A DNA stretch of 32,000 nt from Wolbachia endosymbiont of Cimex lectularius (GTDB taxonomy: Bacteria; Pseudomonadota; Alphaproteobacteria; Rickettsiales; Anaplasmataceae), in contig NZ_AP013028.1 of NCBI RefSeq assembly GCF_000829315.1, forward strand, positions 720,001 to 752,000. Reading direction: 5' to 3'. Positions 9,967 through 19,654 of this stretch are shown piece after piece (positions within the stretch are counted from its first letter, which is position 1; each line of letters starts with the position of its first letter). A program made the translations under genes and the position numbers. The notes under the pieces were generated by a model, which did not search any database, was not told the DNA's origin, and saw nothing but the letters and a program-made list of their open reading frames with translations.

Positions 9967-10398
9967 TCAGGCACTTTTGTTTTTATTGTCTTGCCCCTTT
10001 TTACTTTTATCTGGCTGATTTTTATTCTTTTTGTCGTCTTTCTCAATTTTACCTTTTTCAATTGGTTTGACTTGAGCTTCTTTGTTTAGAACTTCAGATA
10101 TAGCGGACTTTAGGACTTTTATCTCAACTTTTGGTGCTATTTCTACTATAAATTGTGCATTTGCTTCATCAACTTTGTTGACTGTACCTATTATTCCACC
10201 AGAAGTAGTAACGGTATCGCCGCGTTTTACTTGATCTATCATCTTTCTGAGTTCTTTTAATCTTTTGTGGTGCGGGCGGATAATGAAAAAATAAAACACC
10301 ACAACTATTAAAATCAATGGGATAAAATTAGCAAAAGATGCGCCAACACTTGATGCATTACTAGCTGCATCCGCTGCAAAAACTTCAGAAATGAACAT
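9967..10398 (-). CDS. yajC: Preprotein translocase subunit YajC with a long Lys-rich C-terminal tail
   Basis: IPLILIVVVFYFFIIRPHHKRLKELRKMIDQVKRGDTVTTSGGIIGTV matches the YajC signature. The tail KDDKKNKNQPDKSKKGQDNKNKSA looks extra compared with the shorter YajC proteins I recall (length from memory, not checked). Confidence 0.88.
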   Translation of the reverse strand: MFISEVFAADAASNASSVGASFANFIPLILIVVVFYFFIIRPHHKRLKELRKMIDQVKRGDTVTTSGGIIGTVNKVDEANAQFIVEIAPKVEIKVLKSAISEVLNKEAQVKPIEKGKIEKDDKKNKNQPDKSKKGQDNKNKSA

Positions 10399-10496
10399 AT
10401 TTAATCCTTGTTATCAACGACAAATTTAAGTAAACATGTTTAACTATTAACTACAATATTACTTCATGTCAAATTTATGAGAGAAAAAACAATGCC

Positions 10497-10690
10497 TTTG
10501 CGGTAGCTGGCTGAATTTATATTTTTTAGCCATAGAAACAAAAAACTACTTGACAAATTTCTCCAGTTTTCTTATCATAAAACCGGAGGTATTCAGTTAT
10601 CTTCATCTATGCAGATTAAACGACAAGAGTATTATGGTTGGCGTTTTATGTTTAATTTTTTGCACTATGTGCACTTCATGTCTTTATTAA
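10497..10690 (+). repeat. Promoter-bearing modular repeat, copy C (modules P-S, no T)
   Basis: The left flank gcggtagctggctgaattt..ttttttagccatagaaac matches copy E. It is followed by TTGACA-17-TATCAT and the S module ggcgttttatgtttaattttttgcactatgtgcacttcatgtcttt (10640-10690). Confidence 0.8.
10550..10578 (+). promoter_or_regulatory. Near-consensus sigma70 promoter in repeat copy C
   Basis: TTGACA 10550-10555, 17-bp spacer, TATCAT 10573-10578. Confidence 0.55.
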
Positions 10691-10769
10691 TTTTATCTAG
10701 ACTTCTTGTGAACATAGAAAGTAGCTAATCTTAATTTAAAACACAATATTTTTAATTATTATGGAAAGA

Positions 10770-10866
10770 CTGGATCCCAGTGTCGGAGCACTGGGATGAC
10801 AAGAAAGGGAATACTTGGATGATATCGTCACAAAGGAACCAGCGTCAGACACTTGTATGACACCCT
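10770..10866. repeat. Hairpin repeats immediately 3' of the mutS stop
   Basis: ctggatcccagtgtcggagcactgggatgacaagaaagggaatacttggatgat, then ccagcgtcagacacttgtatgac. Same family as 405-439 and 7983-8040. Confidence 0.8.
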
Positions 10867-10872
10867 ACTCTC

Positions 10873-13392
10873 TCAAGCTTTCAGTTCCTCAAACACTTCA
10901 CTTGCTCTGTCAAGTACAGAATCAGGAAAGCCAGCGAGCTTTGCTACATGTATCCCATATGATTCATCTGCAACACCCTCAACTACTTCATGGAGAAAGA
11001 TTACTTTTCCGTTCCATTCTTTTATTTTCACACAAAAACATTTCACGTTCTTCAAGTATTTGCTTACTTTAGTTAGTTCATGATAATGAGTTGCAAAAAT
11101 GGCGCGGCACTTGTTTACATTGTGGATATGTTCAATCACTGCCTGAGCAATAGATAAGCCGTCATATACCCCTGTGCCTCTGCCGATTTCATCAAGTATC
11201 ACCAAGGAACGATCTGTTGCCTGATTGACTATGGTTGCTGTTTCAATCATCTCTACCATGAAGGTGGAATAACCAGCTGTTATATTATCTGTTGCACCAA
11301 CCCTGCTGAATATCTTGTCAATCACACCAATACGTGCACTATCTGCTGGCACAAATGACCCCATATGAGCTAAAATTGCGATGAGAGCGTTTTGCCTTAG
11401 AAAAGTGCTTTTTCCAGCCATATTAGGACCAGTGATTAGATGTATACCAGCTAAGTTAATGTTATTTGCGATAAACTTATCGTTAACTTCAACCACTGGG
11501 TGTCTTCCGCTGCAGATATTGAATTCTTTGCTATTATCAATAATGGGTTTTACGTAATTATTTTGCACTGCGAGCTCTGCAAATGCAGTTCGGATATCAA
11601 GTTTTGCCAAGGCATTTGCAGCGAGAGCAATCTTTTCAGATTCTTTAGCGATTTTACTACATAGTTCACTGAAAATTTTCATTTCTAAGCTGATTACAGC
11701 GTCACGTGCCGTGAGAATCTTATTCTCCAGTTCTTTCAATTCATTAGTAGTGTAGCGCATGCTATTTGCTAAGCTTTGCCTGTGAATAAATATGTCCGAG
11801 GTTAATTTATGATTTGCTGACACTTCAATGTAATAACCAATGATGTTGTTGTGCAATATTTTCAGTGCGGCAATGCCAGTCAGATCACGATAAGATTCTC
11901 GGAGTTTGGTTATCAATTTGTTGCTATTGTTGAGCACATAGGATAACTCTGATAATTCTTGGTTATACTTGGGGTTGATAAATCCTCCTTCCTTTGCGGA
12001 ACTTAGGTTGTTGTCAAGCACAGCGTCGTTTAGAAGCTCGAACAATTCTTTGTGATTGCCAAGGCTTTTATGTATTGTGCTAAGTTCACTCTCATCACTG
12101 CTTATCATCTGAGCAGTAGACACTGTTTCTTTTTCCTTTGATTCTACTGTCAAGCACTGGAATGACATCTGAAGGCTAGCTGCTGGTTTTTCACTTAAGT
12201 GATAACTATGTAAGGTGGACAGAAACTCGGACAACTCTAACGTTTTCCCAAGGCCTATTTTTAATAGGTTCATGTCCTTTGGTGAGCCACGCCCTAACAT
12301 TAAACGTGATAGTGACCTTTCAATATCTGGAATGTTAGATAATATCTCCCGTATTTTTTTGCGTGCTTCATGGCTGTTTACAAAAAATTCAACGGTGCCG
12401 AGTCTCAAATTAATCGCCTTAGGACAAGCAAGTGGTGATGCAAGCATTTGTTTGAGCAGGCGTCCACCAGAAGCTGTAACTGTGTGGTCAATAACTGAAA
12501 TCAGTGAACCCTTCTTTTCACCAAATTGAGTTGAAAACAACTCAAGATTTCTCCTTGCTGAAGCATCGATAAGCATGAAACTTTGTTGCCTGTAGGGCTT
12601 TGGCAGCTCAAGCCTTGGAATGGAACCCCTTTGAGTTACTCTGACATATTCAAGTAGCGCACCACATGCCACAACCTCCACTTTGCTGAAGTTTCCTATA
12701 ACTCCAAGCTCCCTGATTTTATAAAATTCGCACAGCGTTCTGTGAGACTTGTTATACTCAAAAAAACTCTGGGCATGCTGCGTAATTGATATTTTATAAT
12801 TTTTTAAAATTGACCTGATTTTTTCATCCTCAGCGAGCTTCTCGGAAATTAATAATTCTTTTGGTGATACACGCAATAAATCACTATCTAGGGCTTTCAA
12901 ATTCGTTAAAGTGTGAAAGAATTTTCCCGTTGATAGCTCAAGCCAGCCAATAGCATACTCTCCATTTTGTTCGACTATGGATGCAAGATAATTATTGCTT
13001 TTATCCTCCAGCAGCGAATCTTCGATAATTGTGCCTGGAGTTACAATTCGCACTACATCACGCTTTACTATGGATTTATAGCCCCTCCTTTTTGCTTCAT
13101 CAGCAGTTTCTAATTGATCGCAGATTGCAACTTTGAATCCTAAATCTATCAGTTTGTGCAGGTAAGATTCACTACTGTGTGCTGGCACTCCACACATTGG
13201 TATGTCTTGCCCGTATGAATTACCTCTTTTAGTGAGTACTATATTCAGCAGCTTTGCAGCTTTAACGGCATCATCGAAAAACAATTCATAGAAATCTCCC
13301 AGTCTATAGAACAACAGATGATCCTTATATTGAGCTTTCAGGTTTAAATATTGCTCCATCACAGGAGTGTTTTTTTCTCTTACAAAGTTCAT
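10873..13392 (-). CDS. mutS: DNA mismatch repair protein MutS
   Basis: 839 aa. N-terminal [19 protein letters not shown] mismatch-binding motif, Walker [14 protein letters not shown], and FATHYHEL. Confidence 0.95.
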   Translation of the reverse strand: MNFVREKNTPVMEQYLNLKAQYKDHLLFYRLGDFYELFFDDAVKAAKLLNIVLTKRGNSYGQDIPMCGVPAHSSESYLHKLIDLGFKVAICDQLETADEAKRRGYKSIVKRDVVRIVTPGTIIEDSLLEDKSNNYLASIVEQNGEYAIGWLELSTGKFFHTLTNLKALDSDLLRVSPKELLISEKLAEDEKIRSILKNYKISITQHAQSFFEYNKSHRTLCEFYKIRELGVIGNFSKVEVVACGALLEYVRVTQRGSIPRLELPKPYRQQSFMLIDASARRNLELFSTQFGEKKGSLISVIDHTVTASGGRLLKQMLASPLACPKAINLRLGTVEFFVNSHEARKKIREILSNIPDIERSLSRLMLGRGSPKDMNLLKIGLGKTLELSEFLSTLHSYHLSEKPAASLQMSFQCLTVESKEKETVSTAQMISSDESELSTIHKSLGNHKELFELLNDAVLDNNLSSAKEGGFINPKYNQELSELSYVLNNSNKLITKLRESYRDLTGIAALKILHNNIIGYYIEVSANHKLTSDIFIHRQSLANSMRYTTNELKELENKILTARDAVISLEMKIFSELCSKIAKESEKIALAANALAKLDIRTAFAELAVQNNYVKPIIDNSKEFNICSGRHPVVEVNDKFIANNINLAGIHLITGPNMAGKSTFLRQNALIAILAHMGSFVPADSARIGVIDKIFSRVGATDNITAGYSTFMVEMIETATIVNQATDRSLVILDEIGRGTGVYDGLSIAQAVIEHIHNVNKCRAIFATHYHELTKVSKYLKNVKCFCVKIKEWNGKVIFLHEVVEGVADESYGIHVAKLAGFPDSVLDRASEVFEELKA
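12139..12169. repeat. Degenerate hairpin-repeat copy embedded in frame in mutS
   Basis: ttgattctactgtcaagcactggaatgacatc. Its right half matches gtcaagcactgggatgacatc (415-437) with 1 mismatch; the left half is decayed. It translates as ..[11 protein letters not shown].. without breaking the ORF. Confidence 0.65.
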
Positions 13393-13698
13393 AATGTTTT
13401 TTATACGTTGATAGCTTCAGCTTTATCGTATGGATAACATAAAATCTAAATAGAAGCCTACACAAAAGCAAGATTGCTCGTTTCTTTAGAAAAACTGTAC
13501 ATATGTAATGAATCTTTTGCAGCCTCTTCTATAAGCTATATCAGCCATGCTAAAATTATATGGAATTTTGACTTTTTGAAAAGTCTAAACTGCTATTCGT
13601 GAAAGGTATGCATGATTGCATAAATTGGTTATGCAAAAGATCTATTAATTGCAAAATTTAATATAAGTGTTAAAATATGGCTACTGAGTAAAAAATAT

Positions 13699-14898
13699 AT
13701 GCTAATTAGTACAACGTCAGATCTGGGAGACATATATGAGGAGTTGACAGCAAAAAAGCCAAAATTTATAGCAGTTGACACGGAGTTTCTTAGAAACAAT
13801 TTAACCTATTATCCAAAATTGTCGTTAATTCAAATTTCTTACGGAAGTAAGAGTTTTGTTGTAGATGCGCTAGTGCCAGAAATTGATTTATCATTTATTA
13901 AGAAAATAATGCTAAACCGCGAGATAATTAAGGTGTTTCATAGCTGCCGGCAGGACATAGAATCTTTATTCACCGCATTCAAATGCATTCCCACTCCTAT
14001 TTTTGATACCCAAGTTGCTGCTATGTTTTGTCATTATTATCATGACTTCATTGGTTACTCAAAAGTGGTGGAGCAATATCAAGGGGTGGTATTAGATAAA
14101 ATTAAAGCTAAAAATTCAGACTGGTTAAAGCGTCCACTTTCTGAGGATCAATTAGACTATGCAATAAGCGATGTGGTGCATCTATATGACCTACACCAGA
14201 TATTGCGCAATAAACTTGAAGAAAAGAGTAGAATAGGCTGGTTTCGGGAAGAGATGGAAGCAGTGGTTGATATAAATAAGTATTTGTGTAGTCCAAAAGA
14301 TGCATGGAGGAGGATTAAATTTAATTACGAGGCAAATCCAAGATTGATACTAACTGTTAAAGCAGTTAGTGAGTGGCAAGAGACCTTAGCACAGCGCTAT
14401 AATGTGAATCGTAATAAAATAATTAATAATGCTGTAATAGCTGGCTTTATTGAAAAAAACGTGGAGCGTGTTGACGAGATTTTAGAAGATCTCAGAAAGA
14501 ACATGAAAAATATAAAGGAGGAAGATCTATTAGAATTTATAGATATTTTCAATGAGAATGAGAAAGACTTTATGCAGCAAGATTATACTCCGTTAAGCAG
14601 TTATGATAGATCTGTGCTTGATATACTCTCGATTGTTCTAGAGAGCGAATGTAAGGAAAACGGCATATCAAGAAAATTGGTTTCGTCAAAAGATGAATTG
14701 GCTGGGTCAATATCCGGGCAGACAGATAAACTATTTAAAGGGTGGAGGTATGACTTTTTTGGCAGGTCAATTGAGTCATTTTTAAACGCAGGCTCAAGGT
14801 TTGAAATTTCAGTAGTGAAATCCACAAATAATACAACCAAGATTCGAAGTGATTTGGTGAAGGCAAATTGTAAGTTGAAATCAACTGCTGAGATTTAA
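13699..14898 (+). CDS. rnd: Ribonuclease D
   Basis: 399 aa. DEDDy exonuclease motifs AVDTEF, HSCRQDIESL and YAISDVVHLYDL, with a C-terminal HRDC-like region. Confidence 0.85.
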   Translation: MLISTTSDLGDIYEELTAKKPKFIAVDTEFLRNNLTYYPKLSLIQISYGSKSFVVDALVPEIDLSFIKKIMLNREIIKVFHSCRQDIESLFTAFKCIPTPIFDTQVAAMFCHYYHDFIGYSKVVEQYQGVVLDKIKAKNSDWLKRPLSEDQLDYAISDVVHLYDLHQILRNKLEEKSRIGWFREEMEAVVDINKYLCSPKDAWRRIKFNYEANPRLILTVKAVSEWQETLAQRYNVNRNKIINNAVIAGFIEKNVERVDEILEDLRKNMKNIKEEDLLEFIDIFNENEKDFMQQDYTPLSSYDRSVLDILSIVLESECKENGISRKLVSSKDELAGSISGQTDKLFKGWRYDFFGRSIESFLNAGSRFEISVVKSTNNTTKIRSDLVKANCKLKSTAEI

Positions 14899-15468
14899 CG
14901 AGTCTACTATATCTTTTATTTGAGAAAGGACGTGTTCTTTACTTGCACTGTTGTCGATGGTAAAGTCACTCATCAGCCTTTTTTCTGCAATGGGTAGCTG
15001 GATATTGGAAATTCGATCCAGCTTTTCTTTATCTATATTACGTTCATTGAGTATTTGAGCTTGCACAGCACTATCTGCATGGACGAAAATGATAAAGTTG
15101 CAATATAAACGAAATCTCGTTTCCAGCAAGAGTGGAATGTCTAGAACTAGAAGTTTTCTATCGGTCTTTTTTTCCTGAGCAATGAAAATTTCTAGCTCAT
15201 TTCGCACAGCGGAGTGAACTAAAGATTGAAATTGCATCCAATTTTCATCATGGACTAAGAAATATTTAAACAATACCTCCTTGTCTATTTCACCATTTAC
15301 TACTACTCCGGGAAAATTTTCTTTTGCGTAACTCATTATGTTCTTATCTACTTTATAAAGCTGATGTACAACAGAATCAGCATCAAACACAGCAGCACCA
15401 AACTCTTTAAAACAATTGGCTACAAAGCTCTTTCCTACTCCAATTCCACCTGCTAAACCTATAATCAT
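14881..15468 (-). CDS. coaE: Dephospho-CoA kinase
   Basis: P-loop IIGLAGGIGVGKS at the N-terminus and CoaE-like length. ATG at 15468 is preferred over the TTG at 15474. The 3' end overlaps rnd by 18 bp, convergently. Confidence 0.85.
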   Translation of the reverse strand: MIIGLAGGIGVGKSFVANCFKEFGAAVFDADSVVHQLYKVDKNIMSYAKENFPGVVVNGEIDKEVLFKYFLVHDENWMQFQSLVHSAVRNELEIFIAQEKKTDRKLLVLDIPLLLETRFRLYCNFIIFVHADSAVQAQILNERNIDKEKLDRISNIQLPIAEKRLMSDFTIDNSASKEHVLSQIKDIVDSLNLSS

Positions 15469-15611
15469 AAGCAAAAAAACACATAGCTATATCTATAGTA
15501 GCTGCTCTTTGTTTACATGTCTATTTAAAATCCAATTTTGGCTGTGGAGGTTCTAACGATGTCAAGAGAAAATAAACAGCTATTATTTTTTTAGTAATTA
15601 AGTAAAATAGA

Positions 15612-17036
15612 ATGAAAGATTATGAGGAAGTTTTGAAAAATAAGATAAAAAAAATAATGATTTCAGGAAAGGAAGTGTGGCCAATTATCGAGGGCGGCAA
15701 AGGCATTGCAATTAGTGACGGAAGATCAAGTGGAGCATTTGCTGCAGCAGATGCTGTGGGTACATTTTCTGGTGCAAATGCTAAGCTTATTGATGATAAC
15801 GGCGAGTTAGTACCACTGATTTACAAAGGCAAAACAAGAAATGAAAAACATGAGGAATTGATTGAGTATAGTATCAAGGCTGGAGTTAGTCAGGCAAGAA
15901 TAGCGAATGAAATATCACAAGGCCATGGAAGAATACACATGAATGTGCTTTGGGAGATGGGAGCAGCAGAACGTGTACTTCATGGTATATTAGAAAAGGC
16001 AAAAGGCTTAGTTCATGGTATTACCTGCGGTGCTGGCATGCCTTACAGGCTCGGAGAAATTGCAGCCAAATATCAGGTTTATTATTACCCTATTATTTCA
16101 TCAGTACGCGCTTTTAAAGCATTGTGGAAGCGTGCTTACCAAAAAGTATCCTCTTTTTTGCTTGGCGGAGTAGTGTATGAAGACCCATGGCTTGCTGGAG
16201 GACATAACGGACTCAGTAATAGCGAAGACCCAAAACTTCCACAAGCTCCATTTGAGAGGGTTGTAGAACTTAGATCTTTCATGAACGAGATCGGTCTTTC
16301 GGAAACGCCAATTGTTATGGCGGGGGGAGTGTGGCATTTGAAAGATTTGGAACGTTGGTTTGACAATTCACAAATTGGACCAATAGCTTTTCAGTTTGGC
16401 ACTCGTCCACTTTTGACGAAGGAAAGTCCAAATTCTACGGAGTGGAAAAAGAAGCTACTCACTTTAGAAGAAGGTGACGTATTTTTGAATAAATTCAGTC
16501 CAACAGGATTTTACTCATCTGCAGTGCGAAATAACTTCATACGTGAGTTACAGGAACGGAACTCACGTCAAATAAAATTTTCAGAGAGTGCCAGCGAAGA
16601 ATTCAATAGTGAATTTGCAATGGGTAGCAGAGGTAGAAAGATTTACCTCACTGCAAAAGATAAAGAACTGGCAAACACGTGGACTAGGGCGGGATATACA
16701 GAAGTAATGAAAACTCCAGATACAACTGTGATTTTTGTGACGCCAGACAAATTTGCGGAGATAAGACAAGATCAGATCAATTGCATGGGATGTTTGAGCC
16801 ATTGTCTGTTTAGCAATTGGAAAGATCATGGTGACCATTTAACAGGACGAAAGCCGGATCCACGGAGTTTCTGTATACAAAAGACACTACAAAACATTAT
16901 ACACGATGGTGATATTGAAAATGAACTAATGTTTTCCGGACACAATGTGTATAAATTCAAGCAGGATCCGTTTTATGAGAATGGTTACGTGCCAACGGTA
17001 AAAGAGTTGGTGGAAAGAATACTGACTGGATATTAA
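15612..17036 (+). CDS. Nitronate monooxygenase (2-nitropropane dioxygenase) family FMN oxidoreductase
   Basis: 474 aa. Motifs GITCGAGMPYRL and PIVMAGGVW are typical of NMO/NPD-type TIM-barrel flavoproteins. Family assigned by recognition, not by search. Confidence 0.6.
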   Translation: MKDYEEVLKNKIKKIMISGKEVWPIIEGGKGIAISDGRSSGAFAAADAVGTFSGANAKLIDDNGELVPLIYKGKTRNEKHEELIEYSIKAGVSQARIANEISQGHGRIHMNVLWEMGAAERVLHGILEKAKGLVHGITCGAGMPYRLGEIAAKYQVYYYPIISSVRAFKALWKRAYQKVSSFLLGGVVYEDPWLAGGHNGLSNSEDPKLPQAPFERVVELRSFMNEIGLSETPIVMAGGVWHLKDLERWFDNSQIGPIAFQFGTRPLLTKESPNSTEWKKKLLTLEEGDVFLNKFSPTGFYSSAVRNNFIRELQERNSRQIKFSESASEEFNSEFAMGSRGRKIYLTAKDKELANTWTRAGYTEVMKTPDTTVIFVTPDKFAEIRQDQINCMGCLSHCLFSNWKDHGDHLTGRKPDPRSFCIQKTLQNIIHDGDIENELMFSGHNVYKFKQDPFYENGYVPTVKELVERILTGY

Positions 17037-17255
17037 GTCAGTGGCTATTGTAGAAATTTTCACCTTATAAAATTTCACTACCTGCTTTAACAAGTTTTTC
17101 TGCCATACCCTGATTTGGATTAGGCCCAAGCTAACAAGAAGGCGTAAAACTACACGGAAAAATAAGCATCAGTGGTAGAGAACTGCTAAATTTTTATTGA
17201 CTTGTTTATAGATTATGGTAACCACTTAGGGATTAGTGAGTAGTAATTATGCTAT

Positions 17256-18347
17256 ATGGGCTGGGATATATCAAGTAAGCAATCTGTAAATTCAAATGAA
17301 TTAAAAGATGATCAACAAGTTAAAAATGCAATATATGATACAAATGAGTACGGTAAAAAGCTTGCTGAAGAATGTGCAGGATCCGTGTTGCCAGATCAAG
17401 AGATACAGTGCAGTCAAGAGTGTATAGGAAATGTAGGCAGTCCAGCTGTCTTAGGTGGAAAAAAGCCTGCACGGTATTTTTCTAATCAGATGCATAACTT
17501 TGACGGCGGTGCTTTGACAGACCAAGCCGGCTTACAAAATTCAGAGTCTGATTACCGTTTGGGTCAGGATAGTGAACAACAAATTCTGGGGAGCAATGTA
17601 ATAACTAGTCTTTATAATTTACTTGATCCTTTAGAGTTGTTTCGTGAAGGATTGAGTAGAAGTAAAGATAGGCAAACTTTTAATAGTATCAAACCAAAAT
17701 TGCCAGCAGCTGACTATACAGGAGAAAGTAGTGATCAAAAAACTCTTACAGACAATACAAGTGAGCGCAGTACAGAAACTAAGAAAAGTAGTGGATGGAG
17801 CTCACGGCACGTTAATCAAGAAACTCGTTGGTCAGACGAAAATGGCGAGGGGCTAGATGCTAGGTCTAATTCTGAAGAGTGTCCGTCACCAGATACTGGC
17901 TCTAATAAAGGGTGTAGCCCACCACCAGACACTGATTCTGATTCAAGTGATGGAGATTCAGAAGAATGTAGCTCCATTGATGATAATCAGACAGTTTGTA
18001 CAAGTGATTGGGGCTCAGAGGGAGACTCGAGTGGCAGCTTAGATTATTTTTCTCTTCTGGAACTCCTAGAAAAAGACCCACCGTTAGCAGAAATACCATT
18101 AGCTGAAGATGAAAAGGAATTGATTAAAGATTTTTGTGAGAAGATAAAAGGTGTTAGGGAGGAAAACGGCCAAGAATACCAAAAGAATCTGTATAATCAG
18201 AGTATAAATTGTACGAGAAATGCTTTAAAGCGTATAAAAGATTTAGTAGATAATTTGCCACAAGAGATAAGGTTAAACTCACTCTGTGATGGTCATGAAT
18301 ATACTGTATCGGGTTTAGTACTTGAGGTAATATTAGAACCTGTTTAA
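17256..18347 (+). CDS. Hypothetical acidic Ser/Asp/Gly/Pro-rich protein, 3' end truncated by an IS (stop codon supplied by the IS terminal repeat)
   Basis: 363-aa ORF with no recognisable domain. Low-complexity acidic core SPPPDTDSDSSDGDSEECSSIDD. The last codons ..LEPV* are read from the IS end gaacctgtttaa. Confidence 0.6.
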   Translation: MGWDISSKQSVNSNELKDDQQVKNAIYDTNEYGKKLAEECAGSVLPDQEIQCSQECIGNVGSPAVLGGKKPARYFSNQMHNFDGGALTDQAGLQNSESDYRLGQDSEQQILGSNVITSLYNLLDPLELFREGLSRSKDRQTFNSIKPKLPAADYTGESSDQKTLTDNTSERSTETKKSSGWSSRHVNQETRWSDENGEGLDARSNSEECPSPDTGSNKGCSPPPDTDSDSSDGDSEECSSIDDNQTVCTSDWGSEGDSSGSLDYFSLLELLEKDPPLAEIPLAEDEKELIKDFCEKIKGVREENGQEYQKNLYNQSINCTRNALKRIKDLVDNLPQEIRLNSLCDGHEYTVSGLVLEVILEPV

Positions 18348-18658
18348 AATCTTGGAAATGTGAGGTAAAGTAAGCATAGATTAATAATGAGGTGTCTATG
18401 CAGAAAAGTTATCCAAGTAATATAAGTCAAGAGCAGTTTGAAAAAATCAGGCCAATTTTGGAGAGTAGCAAGCAGAAAACAAAACCAAGAAAACTTGATT
18501 TGTATGACGTATTTTGTGGGGTGTTGTACGTCTTAAAAAGTGGTTGTCAGTGGAGGATGTTACCAAAGGGTTTTCCAAGATGGGAAAGCGTATATTACTA
18601 TTTTCGAGTGTGGAGTAAAAAGAATGGAGAAGAGCCAAGCTTGTTGGAATTAGTCTTA
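18336..18658 (+). mobile_element. Truncated IS5-family element (5' 323 bp only), + orientation
   Basis: Identical to the first ~320 bp of the full copy: IR gaacctgtttaaaatcttggaaatgtgagg and transposase N-terminus MSMQKSYPSNISQEQFEKIRPIL..SLLELVL. It ends at gtcTTA, where the IR of the next copy begins. Confidence 0.9.
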
Positions 18659-19518
18659 GAACCTGTTTAAAATCTTCGTAACAGGAGAGAAATGAAGGAG
18701 AGGACTATCATCTGTAAGCTAGTGTTGAGCTTCCGCTCGCAATTTTTCCACAATCGCCTGCACTTTTCTAACCAGGCAAAAGAGCGTTCAACAACCCATC
18801 TTTTTGGCAATACAACGAAAGTGTGTAACTCACTTCGCTTTATTACTTCAACAGTCGCACCAATGATAGCTTTTATTTGTGTTGCAAAATTTTCTCCTGT
18901 GTAGCCAGCATCAACCAGTATGTTTTTAACTTCAGAGAGGTTTGCTTTAGCATTTTCGACCATTTTCACAGCACTGCTACGGTCAGTTGCTTCTGCCGTT
19001 GTTACATAAATTGCATGTGGCAAACCTTGTGTATCAACTGCAATATGGCGCTTTATCCCTGAAATCTTTTTACCTGCATCATAGCCTTTTTTTTCAGCAG
19101 TATCTGCGTTTTTAACGCTTTGAGAATCAATTATACAAAAGCTAGTTTTCTCTTTCCGACCATTGCTGATACGGACCTCTCCAACTAATTTTTTTTAAGA
19201 CTAATTCCAACAAGCTTGGCTCTTCTCCATTCTTTTTACTCCACACTCGAAAATAGTAATATACGCTTTCCCATCTTGGAAAACCCTTTGGTAACATCCT
19301 CCACTGACAACCACTTTTTAAGACGTACAACACCCCACAAAATACGTCATACAAATCAAGTTTTCTTGGTTTTGTTTTCTGCTTGCTACTCTCCAAAATT
19401 GGCCTGATTTTTTCAAACTGCTCTTGACTTATATTACTTGGATAACTTTTCTGCATAGACACCTCATTATTAATCTATGCTTACTTTACCTCACATTTCC
19501 AAGATTTTAAACAGGTTC
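18659..19518 (-). mobile_element. Full-length IS5-family (ISWpi1-like) insertion sequence, 860 bp
   Basis: 18-bp perfect terminal inverted repeats gaacctgtttaaaatctt at both ends. Flanked by TTA (18656-18658) and TTA (19519-19521). Encodes a DDE transposase. Confidence 0.9.
18667..19462 (-). CDS. IS5-family DDE transposase in two frames (orfA 19142-19462; the second frame runs to 18667), joined at an A8 run
   Basis: orfA carries an HTH-like N-terminus. The downstream frame reads LVGEVRISNGRKEKTSFCIIDSQSVKNAD..ILVDAGYTG..VVERSFAWLEKCRRL (DDE motifs). The frames differ by +1 at the T8 run on the + strand (19189-19196). Confidence 0.85.
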
Positions 19519-19520
19519 TT

Positions 19521-19652
19521 ATGGATATTGCTAGAAAAATCGGTGTAAGATATGCGACTCTTTCTGCGTCAAGTGGTTCAGGATATCGAATCTATGAGCG
19601 CTTGGGGTTTCATACGTTTGGTCAATTTGAGTGTTTTGAATGGAGGAATTAA
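19521..19652 (+). pseudogene. C-terminal fragment of a GNAT N-acetyltransferase, 5' part removed at the IS junction
   Basis: ..DIARKIGVRYATLSASSGSGYRIYERLGFHTFGQFECFEWRN* has typical GNAT C-terminal beta strands and starts directly at the IS boundary. Confidence 0.6.
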
Positions 19653-19654
19653 AG

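Noticed and set aside
10815-11083. ORFs 10815-11072 and 10853-11083 (+)
   Set aside because: They start in the hairpin repeat and run antisense through the conserved mutS C-terminus, with no independent coding evidence.
13570-13622. Palindromes gactttttgaaaagtc and tatgcatgattgcata in the mutS-rnd divergent spacer as operator sites
   Set aside because: They are short AT-rich palindromes that can arise by chance at this base composition. There is no second copy and no recognisable regulator nearby.
17857-18099. ORFs 17857-18042 (+) and 17902-18099 (-) inside the acidic ORF
   Set aside because: They are alternative-frame or antisense frames of the longer 17256-18347 ORF, with no motifs.
18392-18670. 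92-aa ORF as an intact small gene
   Set aside because: It is the N-terminal part of the IS transposase from the truncated IS copy. Its last residues and stop are read from the terminal repeat of the neighbouring IS.
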